This document shows positions 1-12,292 of a stretch of DNA of 64,000 bases, piece by piece (within the stretch, counting starts at the first letter, position 1; every line of letters starts with the position of its first letter). Source of the DNA: Macrostomum lignano. Its lineage: Eukaryota. The stretch is taken from NCBI GenBank assembly GCA_002269645.1, contig NIVC01002905.1, positions 62,001-126,000 on the forward strand. Reading direction: 5' to 3'. The notes below the pieces were generated by a model that saw only the letters and a program-made list of their open reading frames with translations, was not told the origin of the DNA and ran no database searches. A program made the position numbers and the translations under genes.

Positions 1-107
1 ATTCCAATTCTGTATCCAATTTCGTAAAGAGCTAGTAGCTTTCTTGTGAGTGCCTCGATTGAAATTATTGATAATTTTTTTTCATATACAACCCGCCGTT
101 TCACAAC

Positions 108-203
108 CTTCTTGCTTCGGCGCAGCTCTTCTGATTCCTCGACTGACGATTGGGACGATTGGCTTCGACCCAGCTGGCTGCCGATGCGTTTTGCGCCTTT
201 TAA
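108..203 (-). CDS. RASGRF1: RasGRF-like exon 4 (linker before the IQ motif); gene continues beyond the left edge
   Basis: Acceptor TTTGCAG|TTA. Translates LKGAKRIGSQLGRSQSSQSSVEESEELRRSKK, comparable to DEDSDIKKIKK before the IQ motif. Donor AAG|GTTGTG is weak, so the 3' boundary is less certain. Confidence 0.75.
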
Positions 204-371
204 CTGCAAATTAAGTGGCGGATAGAGTTAGACAGTTTTTTGTAAAGAGTGATTTGACCTGTAGTCTATGGTAATTCGAAAATCAATCTCAATATAGACA
301 ACCAAAGTTAGAAGGACGTTATACTTGTGAATATTGCGCGTTTTACAAAAGAGCAGCACAACCGCATATCA

Positions 372-545
372 GTGGGGAGGAGACAGGGAGAGGTAGGGGA
401 AGAGAGGGAGGACAGGGAGGGAGAGAGAGGGAGGGAGAGAGAGGGGGAGGGAGGGAGGAAGATGAAGAGGAAGGTAGAGGGAGGAGAAAGAGAAAGAGAG
501 GGGGAGAGGAAGGGAGGAAGGGAGAGAGGGGGAGATGGTGAGACG
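372..545. repeat. GA-rich polypurine low-complexity tract (RasGRF intron 3)
   Basis: Almost only G and A on the plus strand. Confidence 0.9.
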
Positions 546-752
546 AACGAGATCTTCTGGGCATGTTGGCCGAGCAGGTTATTTTAGGGACTAAAAAGTT
601 GCACAATATTCATTAAAGCTCGTAGTCACTAATTCAGCAAGACGAATGGTCATACTTGGCTAACACGATAGCAATTCCTTGCGCTACTGATGGTAATTTT
701 CGTATTTTTTTACGAACTTTTAAAATGGATGACACCAATAAATGTGACCAAC

Positions 753-909
753 CTCTCGAATTTCCATACGAAGTTTCCGCACCTCGCTACCCAGCTCCTC
801 AGTCTGCTGGACGTAGTTCCATTTTGATCGGCGCTCGCTCTCCAAGATGTGCATCAAATGCTGGTGCTTCTGGTCCAGCTCCTCCTTCAGCTCCTGGAGC
901 CGACTGTAG
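753..909 (-). CDS. RASGRF1: RasGRF-like exon 3 (coiled coil)
   Basis: Acceptor TTTTCAG|C completes AGC (Ser), matching the phase of exon 2. Translates SYSRLQELKEELDQKHQHLMHILESERRSKWNYVQQTEELGSEVRKLRMEIRE. Phase-0 donor GAG|GTTGGT. Confidence 0.92.
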
Positions 910-1194
910 CTGAAAATATTATTATTTGGTGATTTCGTTACAATGACGTCGATTCGCGATTGATTTATGCAGCTGAACAATCCAGAAAGACGGGATCATT
1001 AGCGATAGGCCACCTGTTGCATTAAGTTTTCTTTATTTATTCTTCTGACGCGCACAAGAAGAACAGCTGCTTAACGATTTCAACTTCGTATATTTGTCAG
1101 GCCGTTTACAAACTGCATGGCGTGCCTTCATTAATGTGTAACTGATCCATGAGCCTTGCCCTTCCTTTCTTTCTTTCTCCTTTCTTTCTCTTCT

Positions 1195-1701
1195 ACCTCT
1201 GTAGAGCCCCACCTCACTTCCCTATCTATCCCGTGCATTCCTACCCCTTCAGAGCGCCACCTCACTTCCTTATCTATCCCGTGCATTCCTACCCCTTCAG
1301 AGCGCCACCTCACTCCCTTATCTATCTCGTGCATTCCTACCCCATTCAGAGCGCCACCTCACTCCCTTATCTATCCCGTGCATTCCTACCCCTTCAGAGC
1401 GCCACCTCACTCCCTTATCTATCCCGTGAATTCCTATCCCTTCAGAGCGCCACCTCACTCCCTTATCTATCCCGTGCATTCCTACCCCTTCAGAGCGCCA
1501 CCTCACTCCCTTATCTATCCCGTGCATTCCTACCCCTTCAGAGCGCCACCTCACTCCCTTATCTATCCCGTGCATTCCTACCCCTTCAGAGCGCCACCTC
1601 ACTCCCTTATCTATCCCGTGCATTCCTACCCCTTCAGAGCGCCACCTCACTCCCTTATCTATCCCGTGCATTCCTATCCCTTCAGAGCGCCACCTCACTC
1701 C
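1195..1701. repeat. 48-bp minisatellite, left block, about 10 copies
   Basis: Unit CAGAGCGCCACCTCACTCCCTTATCTATCCCGTGCATTCCTACCCCTT recurs at 1347, 1395, 1443 and onward. Confidence 0.97.
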
Positions 1702-2419
1702 TGTAAGCACTGAAATCGTGCTTACATCGAAGCGAAAAAACAACGGCCTCCTCTCGTCTCGACCGGTTCTATCCAGCCAGAGCAGCTGTACACTAAAGGG
1801 CAGATAACAAATCTGAGGTTCGAAGGCCAAGCCAGCAGCCTGCGAACGCGTGACACAGTGGACTCGCAGCAATGCTTTGGGGGGGTAAAGGGTTGCCTAA
1901 CAATGGGACAGAGAAAAATGCTCGAGCGAAAACCCTGCCCCGCTCAAACTATGCATTGCTCTTCATTTTGTCAACTAAACCAGTTTGCTTGCTTGACTAT
2001 AAAATACACTGTCTTGAATAATTTGCGGTACAGAGAGAGAGATTCGGAGATGTGAGCCTCACACTCATAACAGGGCCCTTGGAGGCCAGTGTGTTAGAAA
2101 TTCTTTCTGACTTGTGAGCAGAAGATAACAGGAATAAAAACTGTTATATCTGGTTCCCTGAGAGTGAGTCACCCAGTTCCGCCAACTTGACTAGGGTGAG
2201 TGCAACAAGCATTCTCCATCGCTAGACAACATCATCCTGCCACAGGTCAGAAAGAACGTGCTCGATCAAGGTCAGTGTGAAGTCAACGAGTCATCTCATC
2301 CAGTAAGCCAGAAGACTAAGTTGCGCAGCGGATAGAATCAATGTACAGTAGACTACTAAGGGATACTTTGGGCCGAGAAGAACACGAGCCACACCTCAAC
2401 ACGCTAAAATCAATGAACA

Positions 2420-2800
2420 CTCTCGCTTAATTTCAGCGCATACACATGGCCGCTTACACCAGCGAAGAAGCCTACGCCCGGCGACCTGGCCAAGCTTTTG
2501 TGGACGTGGACATGTCCACAAGTGCGTCAAAATGACGCACAAACGCAGGTCACCGAGTGTGACATAGATGGAGACCATTCAGTGGCCACCCGAACTGCCG
2601 TGTTGCACAACGATTGGGGACCCGTGCTGCTCGCCACGAAGATCCCATGGGAGGGAGGCCCCTACAAGGCCTCCGACCATCCGGCCGTGGTCCACGCCGC
2701 AGGGCTACCGCCAATACTTATGGGCCAAAGGTGCCCGCGCAGAGACCGAGGAAGGCGGCGATAATTAAAGCGGCCCCTTGGCTATAACTATGAACTATCT
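2420..2800 (+). mobile_element. Possible decayed 3' end of a non-LTR element (I/ingi/Nimb-like)
   Basis: GC-rich island in an intron. Across frames LAKLLWTWTCPQVR...ECD..ETIQ...RPWSTPQGYRQYL loosely resembles the LAQLRxGxCP / zinc knuckle / LWxxPxxxxxFL C-terminus, followed by an AACT-rich tail. Weak match. Confidence 0.35.
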
Positions 2801-3500
2801 CTTTTTAACTAACTATTTTCCATTTATCTACTTTTAAATATCTATATAACTCAGCGAGCATATCTTCTCTCAATATAACGTTTAATTACCTTTTACAGAT
2901 TTCTAACGTCTTTTATTTGATGACATATGCACCCGCAATGCGATTTTAGTCCAAGCATAGAGGACCCAAATCCTTGTTAGCACAAGGATTTCGAAAAAAA
3001 GGGGAATCATATAAGAGTTAGAAATCTGAAGTTTTGACCCTAAGTTAGAAGATAGGTAGAAATTTATGAAATGCCCAGGCGCAGTGAAGGGCGAAGCAGA
3101 AAAGCACAATGGAACCCCTAGATAGCTATTAGAAGGGCAAACAGAAGCAACGTCAAAAATGCTAATTGGTATAAATAGACGCCCATCTCAAACTGGAGCG
3201 GCGCTTCGTTTTTTCCTGCGCAGTTTTCGATCTCGAATTGCTCCATTTGAATTAGTTTCTGGATTATCCAGTTGGCACAAATCTAAGTCTTCAATATAAT
3301 TATTTGTCTTAATTGTTGCGCACAGCATATCCTAGAAAAAATCAAACTCAGCTTAGATACTAGGAGATCCTGTCAGTTTATACGGTTTTCTCTGACGGCC
3401 TGATTGGAGAAATTAGAGCTGTACGAACCTTAGACCGCTAGACATCTATCTTAAGAAAGTGAGAACACAAACTCAAAGGCCCCAGAGAAAAACGCATATA

Positions 3501-4012
3501 ACTCCCTTATCTATCCCGTCTATTCCTACCCCTTCAGAGCGCCACCTCACTCCCCTATCTATCCTGTCCATTCCTACCCCTTCAGAGCGCCACCTCACTC
3601 CCTTATCTATCCCGTGCATTCCTACCCCTTCAGAGCGCCACCCCTCTCCTTAATCTATCCCGTCCATTCCTACCCCTTCAGAGCGCCACCTCACTCCCTT
3701 ATCTATCTCGTGCATTCCTACCCCTTCAGAGCGCCAACTCACTCCCTTATCTATCTCGTGCATTCCTACCCCTTCAGAGCGCCACCCCTCTCCTTAATCT
3801 ATCCCGTCCATTCCTACCCCTTCAGAGCGCCACCTCACTCCCTTATCTATCTCGTGCATTCCTACCCCTTTAGAGCGCCAACTCACTCCCCTATCTATCC
3901 CCTCCATTCCTAACCCTTCAGAGCGCCACCTCACTCCCTTATCTATATCATCCATTCCTACCCCTTCCGAGCGCCACCTCACTCCCCTACCTATCCCGTG
4001 CATCCCTACCCA
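3501..4012. repeat. 48-bp minisatellite, right block, same family and orientation
   Basis: Same unit as 1195-1701, slightly more diverged. Confidence 0.96.
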
Positions 4013-4053
4013 TTGAATACGTCACAAAAGCGAACAGAATCTGAGCAACAAAC

Positions 4054-4160
4054 CTGGCATTTCGAATCGCTTCAACCCAGGCTTCGCAATCTGTCTCCGA
4101 TTCGGCACGCAAGTCGTAGTGCCGTTGACCGTCCTTCTTATAGAAGATACTAAAACAGTG
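4054..4160 (-). CDS. RASGRF1: RasGRF-like exon 2 (C-terminal half of PH domain)
   Basis: Acceptor TTGCAG|CAC. Translates HCFSIFYKKDGQRHYDLRAESETDCEAWVEAIRNA, including the PH-domain Trp helix. Phase-2 donor AG|GTTTGT. Absent from the ORF track. Confidence 0.93.
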
Positions 4161-4286
4161 CTGCAACCATGAAAAGAATGAATTTACAATTGCTCATAGA
4201 AACTCAGAGAAACCAAATATTTAGAAATAATTTCGAAATTTGTAAACCAGTCGCTATCGCAAAAGAAGCTCCCGACAGAAACTTAC

Positions 4287-4571
4287 CGACAGTTGCTGCC
4301 TATCGGTTCTGTCCGGCAATTTAACCGAAGCGAACTTATCGCAATAGGAGCCCTCAAGCAGAGCTACGCCGGATGGCCTTTCGTTACGCTCGGTCTCGTA
4401 GTAGAACAGCAGATTCTGGTACAGAATGAAGTAGCGTAACTGCCACCGTCCCGTGTCCAGACTGCGTTTAAACAAATTCCCGGCCATTGTGGACGCCGCC
4501 GCATTGTTCCGCCTGGCCTTGCTGGCCAAGTGCAACAGCTGGGAATCGTTGACTCGAATCGTTTTCTGCAT
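4287..4571 (-). CDS. RASGRF1: RasGRF1/2-like Ras guanine nucleotide exchange factor, coding exon 1 (N-terminal half of PH domain)
   Basis: ATG at 4571. MQKTIRVND...LFKRSLDTGRWQLRYFILYQNLLFYYETERNERPSGVALLEGSYCD matches the RasGRF N-terminus as I recall it (MQKAIRLND...LLQNLLFYFE...RPSGLYLLEG). Phase-0 donor TCG|GTAAGT. Symbol means RASGRF1/2 family; the paralogue cannot be resolved. Confidence 0.95.
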
Positions 4572-4908
4572 TCCCCAATTTTCCTATTCTTTTTCGACGT
4601 CGCCCTGCTGGCGAGTGAAACCTCATCCTGCTTCTGGCCTGATATGCGGGCGAAAAGAGCAGCAAGGGATTTCTCAATCGGTTGCGACTGGCTGCGGCTG
4701 CTGCTGCTGTGCTTGCGTCATGCAGACGCGATGTGAGGATTGGTTTTGAAAACGAGCAGGGTGAGAGGAGGAGTTGATGAGGCTCGGTTGAGGCTGGGTG
4801 AGGGGGAGATTTTTTAGCGAGCACAGAAGGCAGAATCCGCTTCAGAGTTTTGGGAATAACTTAACGGGCACTTCTACTAAGAGAGACTTGGAAAGAGCGC
4901 GTGAAATC

Positions 4909-5240
<332 letters not shown>

Positions 5241-6529
5241 ATCTATGTATGCATATAAATACTGCACTGGCATTAGCAGAGACTGTCTATTTTTCCCTTT
5301 CCAAGGATTTAATGCAAGCCTGAGCTGGGATATTGCAGAAGCAGTGATTTTACTGCAAAAGTTCCGAATTAGACACTTCATCCTGTTTTTCTGGCACGCG
5401 CATTACTTTTTTAAAGTCAGTCCCGTCCATCCATAACCCTTGGCTTCTGAACTTGCTCGTCTCACGCAGATATGTCAGATTTCACTTTTTATGCGTGGCA
5501 GGATCTCCTGTCTCTATGCTTATTCCGTTACAGTCGGACACGAAATTCTACTTTTTGGGAAGCTCTACAAGCCTCTTATTTTCTTTCTTAGCTTTGCGCG
5601 CTCATCTCTCAGGTGGAATAATGGGAGCGGGCGGGACTGCTAATTACATAGCAGGCCTGCTTTAATAGGATGGTGACAGACGAGTCATGGGGCTGATGGG
5701 GCCTGGGCGGGGTGAAAAGGAAGGAGGCTGCAGGGCCGGTAATAGAGAGGCCTGTTATTGCTGCCGTGAACAGCTCAGGCAAGACATCGGAATTCGGAAC
5801 AGAGCATCCGTCTTAATAATTGTGCTCATTTATTTATCTGGTTCAATTTCGTGCAGGCCCAACCCTTCAAGGCACGAGAGTGTACCTGCCTGACGATTAG
5901 AAAGTCAGGGGCCTGCTGTACACCCTGAGTGAGCGAGTGTATGGAGTGCGTGTCTGCTTACAGTGTTGGCTGCAGGTGCTCGGGAGTCAGCACTGGCTTC
6001 GGGACAATGTTCCGTAATTTTGTTCTACTTTAACAAAGAAAGTGTTGCAGACTACAGTCAGAAAATTTGTTCCCGATTTTATTTGCCCACCTCAAGACGG
6101 CTAAGAATATGATTTTATCGAGATGGTTTTCATCTTTCTAAGAACTGCTTGTTCTTTTTTGTCGAGTCACATGACTAGCTTTTAAAAACTCGAGGTTGGA
6201 ACAGAAGAGGAGCTGAGAAGCAGGAGGGGAGAGGAGAGGAAAGGTCTCAGGAGAGTTGAGGCCTGCATCGCTTTCAAGTTATCGGCAATATAATTACAGA
6301 ATGAACTCAGCAGAGATAATTATGAGGGCAAGATTTTGTTGTCCGTTGCTGCTGTTTTCTTTTGCTTTGTTGCATTTTTCTGTTTTTTTGCTCCTGTTGC
6401 CTGGTTTCCTCTGTGTCACGTTTTCTTTGCACCGCATTTTCTGCGGTATCGTGGCTTACCAAGTATCAACTTTTTTAGGCCTTAATAGATCCGTAAAAAC
6501 AGACTTTCGGCATCTTAATCGCCTCAATA

Positions 6530-7385
6530 GTCTCAGTTGGCGCCTCAATAATCAAGTTGGCGCCTCAATAATCATGATGGCGCCTCAAAAATCATATTGG
6601 CGCCTCAATAATCATATTGGCGCCTCAATAATGATATTGGCGCCTAAATAATGATATTGGCGCCTAAATAATGATATTGGCGCCTAAATAATCATATTGG
6701 CGCCTTAATAATCATCAAGTTGGCACCTCAATAATCATCAAGTTGGCGCCTCAATAATCATCAAGTTAGCGCCTCAATAATCATCAAGTTGGCGCCTCAA
6801 TAATCATCAAGTTGGCGCCTCAATAATCATCAAGTTGGCGCCTCAATAATCATCAAGTTGGCGCCTCAATAATCATCAAGTTGGCGCCTCAATAACCATC
6901 AAGTTGGCGCCTCAATAATCATCAAGTTGGCGCCTCAATAATCATCAAGTTGGCGCCTCAATAATCCATTTGGCGCCTCAATAATCCATTTGGCGCCTCA
7001 ATAATAATCAATTTGGCGCCTCAATAATCATCAAGTTGGCGCCTCAATAATCCGTTTGGCGCCTCAATAATCCATTTGGCGCCTCAATAATCCGTTTGGC
7101 GCCTCAATAATCATCAAGTTGGCGCCTCAATAATCATCAAGTTGGCGCCTCAATAATCCATTTGGCGCCTCAATAATCCATTTGGCGCCTCAATAATAAT
7201 CAATTTGGCGCCTCAATAATCATCAAGTTGGCGCCTCAATAATCCGTTTGGCGCCTCAATAATCCATTTGGCGCCTCATTAATCAAGTCGACGTTTCAAA
7301 GATCAAGTTGGGGCCTCAATAATCAAGTTGGTGACTCAATAATCAATTTGGAGCCTCAATAGTCCTATTTGGCGTCTCACTGGCT
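6530..7385. repeat. 20-23-bp minisatellite with GGCGCC core
   Basis: Units GGCGCCTCAATAATCATCAAGTT and GGCGCCTCAATAATCCATTT. Confidence 0.97.
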
Positions 7386-7554
7386 CTATTTTGCACCTCA
7401 ATGGTTTTTTGAGGAAAATTCACCAGCTTTTCTTTGTGCATGTGTCAATCAGTTTACTTAAAAGTAGTCAAAGTAGTAATGTTAGTAGACAGCATATTGG
7501 ATGAATTTATGCATAAAAAGGCTTGGCGGTCCTAGTTTATATTGACATGGGCAT

Positions 7555-8500
7555 TGCTATCGGAATAGGTCATGCATTAACGATTCAATGGGTGTTGCTG
7601 TCAGTAGAAGGTCATAGACACAATGGCTGTTGCTGTCAGTAGAAGGTCATAGACACAATGGGTGCTGCTGTCAGTAGTAGGTCACAGACACAATGGGTGT
7701 TGCTGTCAGTAGAAGGTCATAGACACAATTGGTTTTGCTGTCAGTAGAAGGTCATAGACACAATGGGTGTTGCTGTCAGTAGAAGGTCATAGACACAATT
7801 GGTTTTGCTGTCAGTAGAAGGTCATAGACACAATGGGTGTTGCTGTCAGTAGAAGGTCATAGACACAATTGGTTTTGCTGTCAGTAGAAGGTCATAGACA
7901 CAATGGGTGTTGCTGTCAGTAGAAGGTCATAGACACAATGGGTGCTGCTGTCAGTAGAAGGTTATAGACACAATTGGTTTTGCTGTCAGTAGAAGGTCAT
8001 AGACACAATTGGTTTTGCTGTCAGTAGTAGGTCATAGACACAATGGGTGTTGCTGTCAGTAGAAGGTCATAGACACAATGGGTTTTGCTGTCAGTAGAAG
8101 GTCATAGACACAATGGGTGCTGCTGTCAGTAGAAGGTCATAGACACGATGGGTGTTGCTGTCAGTAGAAGGTCATAGACACAATGGGTGTTGCTGTCAGT
8201 AGAAGGTCATAGACACAATGGGTGTTGCTGTCAGTAGTAGGTCATAGATACAATGGGTGCTGCTGTCAGTAGAAGGTCATAGACACAATGGGTTTTGCTG
8301 TCAGTAGAAGGTCATAGACACAATGGGTTTTGCTGTCAGTGGAAGGTCATAGACACAATGGGTTTTGCTGTCAGTTGAAGGTCATAGACACAATGGGTTT
8401 TGCTGTCAGTTGAAGGTCATAGACACAATGGGTGTTGCTGTCAGTTGAAGGTCATAGACACAATGGCTTTTGCTGTCAGCTGAAGGTCATAGACACAATT
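7555..8500. repeat. 35-bp minisatellite, about 27 copies
   Basis: Unit TGCTGTCAGTAGAAGGTCATAGACACAATGGGTGT, for example at 7631 and 7666. Confidence 0.97.
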
Positions 8501-8589
8501 CGTGTCGTTCAGTCGTACTGAAAGATTTTCGGGCGCTCTGAACTTTTTCCCCTATCTCACATTTATCAAAGCAATAATTAGCTCATACA

Positions 8590-9660
8590 CGGGTGAGAGA
8601 CACAGGGTGAGACACAGGATGAGAGACACAGGGTGAGAGACACAGGGTGAGAGACACAGGTTGAGAGACACAGGGTGAGACACAATGTGAGACACAGGGT
8701 GAGACACAATGTGAGACACAGGGTGAGACACAATGTGAGACACAGGGTGAGACACAGGGTGAGATACAGGGTGAGACACAGGGTGAGACACAGGGTGAGA
8801 CACAGGGTGAGAGACACAGGGTGAGAGACACAGGGTGAGAGACACAGGGTGAGACACAATGTGAGACACAGGGTGAGACACAGGGTGAGACACAGGGTGA
8901 GACACAATGTGAGACACAAGGTAAGAGACACAGGGTAAGATACACAGAGTGAGATACAGGGTGAGACACAGGGTGAGACACAGGGTGAGACACAGGGTGA
9001 GACACAGGGTGAGACACAGGGTGAGACACAGGGTGAGACACATGGTAGTGACACAGGGTGAGACACAGGGTGAGACACAGGGTGAGACACAGGGTGAGAC
9101 ACAGGGTGAGACATAGAGTGAGACACAGGGTGAGACACAGGGTGAGACACATGGTAGTGACACAGGGTGAGACACAGGGTGAGACACAGGGTGAGACACA
9201 GGGTGAGACACAGGGTGAGACATAGAGTGAGACACAGGGTGAGACACAGGGTGAGACACATGGTAGTGACACAGGGTGAGACACAGGGTGAGACACAGGG
9301 TGAGACACAGGGTGAGACACAGGGTGAGACACAGGGTGAGACATAGAGTGAGACACAGGGTGAGACACAGGGTGAGACACATGGTAGAGACACAGGGTGA
9401 GACACAGGGTGAGACACAATGTGAGACACAAGGTAAGAGACACAGGGTAAGATACACAGAGTGAGACACAGGGTGAGACACAGGGTAAGAGACACAGGGT
9501 GAGACACAGGGTGAGACACAGGGTGAGACACAGGGTGAGACACAGGGTGAGATATACAGGGTAAGAGACACTGGGTGAGACTGTGAGACACAGGGTAAGA
9601 GACACAGGGTGAGACACAGGGTAAGAGACACAGGGTGAGACTGTGAGACACAGGGTGAGA
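8590..9660. repeat. 12-bp minisatellite (GAGACACAGGGT)n with 14-bp variants
   Basis: Read directly from the sequence. Confidence 0.97.
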
Positions 9661-10261
9661 AACAATTAGAGGCAAAGTGACGCAAGCTGATAATTATCAC
9701 AGCCAGCCTATTCGGCCAACAATTATCATACCAATAAATTGAAATGATCCCCATTCGCCAGCTACACTTGGCAATGGTAATTAATTTCATGGCGACTCTG
9801 CATCCGGATCTGCACTGTCCAGGCACCGCAGTCAGTATTGTTCACTGCAGCGGCAGCAAGCTCACGGGTTTATTCACAGTCCCAACACCAGCTGCTATTC
9901 CAGGCCCCAACCCAATCTGTCGCTTGTGTTTGCCTTTGGACCAGCGGGCAGCCTCTCTCCGCATCCCTCATCTCTCACATCCCGTCATCTGGCAAATCCC
10001 AATCCCTAACCAAAACAGCACGGGTTGGTTGGCGTTGCAAAAATGGCATAGATTTATGTTTATTCAGTTTGCTGCCAGAGAAATATTAATTTGAGCAGCA
10101 GATGTCAGATCCTTGGTTGAAGAGGCCCCTGTTTGCAGTCTGTTTTGCCTCCTTAAAGCAATTAGGTAAGTATTGAGCTGCTTACGTTACTCTATGATCA
10201 TTAAAATCACAGGTAAGGACAGACCCAATACAAAAGTACTGTACGAAATTACTGGAGGATG

Positions 10262-10712
10262 CGAAGAGACAGCAGACTCAAAGGGACAGACGCGAAGAGA
10301 CAGACACGAAGGGACAGACACGAAGGAACAGACACGAAGGAACAGACACGAAGGGACAGACACGAAGGGACAGACACGAAGGGACAGACACGAAGGGACA
10401 GACACGAAGAGACAGACTCAAAAGGACAGACACGAAGGGACAGACGCGGAGGGACAGACACGAAGGGACAGACTCGAAGAGACAGACTCGAAGAGACATG
10501 CAGGAAAACACAGACAGACACGAAGGGACAGACACGAAGAGACAGACACGAAGGGACAGACACTGAGGGACAGACACGAAGGGACAGACACGAAGGGACG
10601 GACTCTAAGAGACAGGCAGGAAAACACAGACAGACGCGAAGGGACAGACACGAAGGGACAGACACGAAGGGACAGACACGAAGGGACAGACACGAAGGGA
10701 CAGAGACGGAGA
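10262..10712. repeat. 14-bp minisatellite (GGGACAGACACGAA)n
   Basis: Read directly; ends about 75 bp before the P2X ATG. Confidence 0.95.
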
Positions 10713-10785
10713 GCGATCCAGTGAGGCAAAATGGAATTTTACATAAAATTATACATAAAATGTCACCATCATTACCGCCAGAAAA

Positions 10786-10993
10786 ATGGCTTCGGTGAAA
10801 AAGTTCCTAGTGGCCACTCTGTTCGAATACGAGACCCAGAAGGTGATCGCCATCTCTTCCTACAAGATAGGCCTCATCTATCGCAGCATCCAACTGCTGA
10901 TTGTCACCTACGTGGTTGGCTGGGTAATGCTGCGGGAGAAAGGCTACCAGAGTTTTGATCACGTTGTCAGCGGCGTCACCACCAAGTTGAAGG
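10786..10993 (+). CDS. P2RX4: P2X purinergic receptor, coding exon 1 (N-terminus, TM1, ATP-binding KxK)
   Basis: MASVKKFLVATLFEYETQKVIAISSYKIGLIYRSIQLLIVTYVVGWVMLREKGYQSFDHVVSGVTTKLKG contains the YxTxK motif, TM1, KGYQ and TKxKG. Phase-1 donor G|GTGAGT. Symbol means P2X4-like invertebrate P2X, not strict orthology. Confidence 0.96.
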
Positions 10994-11004
10994 GTGAGTT
11001 CGAG

Positions 11005-11590
11005 GGATGAAGGGTCAGGGGAGGGAGAAGAGATGAAGGGACAGGCATAGAGAAGAGATGAAGGGACAAGGGATGGAAGAAGAGATGAAGGAAAAGGGAA
11101 GGGAGAACAGCTGAAAGGACTAGCGAAGGAAGAAGAGCAAGGACGACTAAAGTAACGTACTTAAGTAGTCCTTGAAGAAGAGATGAAGGGACAAGGGAAG
11201 GAAGAAGAGATGAAGGGACAGGGGAAATGAGAAAAGATGAATGGATAGGGGATAGAGAAGAGATGAAGGGACATTGGAAGGGAGAAGAGATGAAGGGACA
11301 TTGGAAGGGAGAAGAGATGAAGGGACATTGGAAGGGAGAAGAGATGAAGGGACATTGGAAGGGAGAAGAGATGAAGGGACATTGGAAGGGAGAAGAGATG
11401 AAGGGACATTGGAAGGGAGAAGAGATGAAGGGACATTGGAAGGGAGAAGAGATGAAGGGACATTGGAAGGGAGAAGAGATGAAGGGACATTGGAAGGGAG
11501 AAGAGATGAAGGGACATTGGAAGGGAGAAGAGATAAAGAGACAGGGGAAGGGCAAGAGATGAAGGGACAGAGAATGGAAAAGAGATGAAA
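11005..11590. repeat. 27-bp purine-rich minisatellite (P2X intron 1)
   Basis: Unit GAAGAGATGAAGGGACATTGGAAGGGA, perfect core at about 11256-11530. Confidence 0.95.
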
Positions 11591-12292
11591 GTACAAAGAA
11601 TAATTAAGCAGTTAAGGAACAAAAGGAGCAAACTAATTCAACTAATTATTTATGCTAACGCAAATAAAAACTATGAGGCTCTATCCTGCCTGATGCTACT
11701 CCAGTCCCCTCCTGTCTATAAACCAAGAATAAATGATGCCTCATATATTTGCATGCCAACGCTTCCCCGATCTCCCCTACAGAGCTGTCACCGAGGTATA
11801 GAACCATTCCCCCTCTATACAATAGCTACGAGTAAATGCCACAACTCAAAATTGTGCCAAATAAGGACACAATTTCAGCAGATGAGCCTAACAGAAGGCC
11901 AACTGGCAACCCCCATGAAAGGGATTTAATTAAGGGGAGAAGCTGAGAACCGCTGATTATGCATGCGTCTGTAACGAACGACAGGCCCTGGGTCGCGTGG
12001 GTTGGACTCATTTTGAGCTGTTGGCAAAATTGCCCCTATGTGACCCCTCAATGATTTACAGCTCGACTGCAGTTATGACTGGCTGATTGGGGGCAATCAA
12101 GCTTTGCTGAATCATGGGAGTCGAGTTTTACAATAGAATTGGCAAACATTTCTCTCTGCCAAAGCTCTGTGTTGCTTTTAATCGTCGCATCAGTCTTGCG
12201 GAAGCAAATAATTTCTGTCTTCTGTCGGCGCTATTTTTTTCTTTGCATTCTTTTAGGCTTTAGTATTTAGTATTGAATTTAGTATTGAAAAA

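Noticed and set aside
1727-1790. Possible extra RasGRF exon (CAG|LLWLDRTGRDERRPLFFRFD|GTAAGC)
   Set aside because: The PH domain is already completed by exon 4054-4160, and this phase 0/0 segment cannot fit into the phase-2 intron.
9744-10094. 116-aa and 83-aa ORFs between the 12-bp and 14-bp arrays
   Set aside because: No recognisable domain or consistent splice chain; more likely promoter or 5' UTR of P2X.
12063-12126. Nested short inverted repeats (CTCGACT/AGTCGAG, GATTG/CAATC) as a structured RNA or MITE
   Set aside because: Stems of only 5-7 bp with no TSD and no second copy in the window; compatible with chance.
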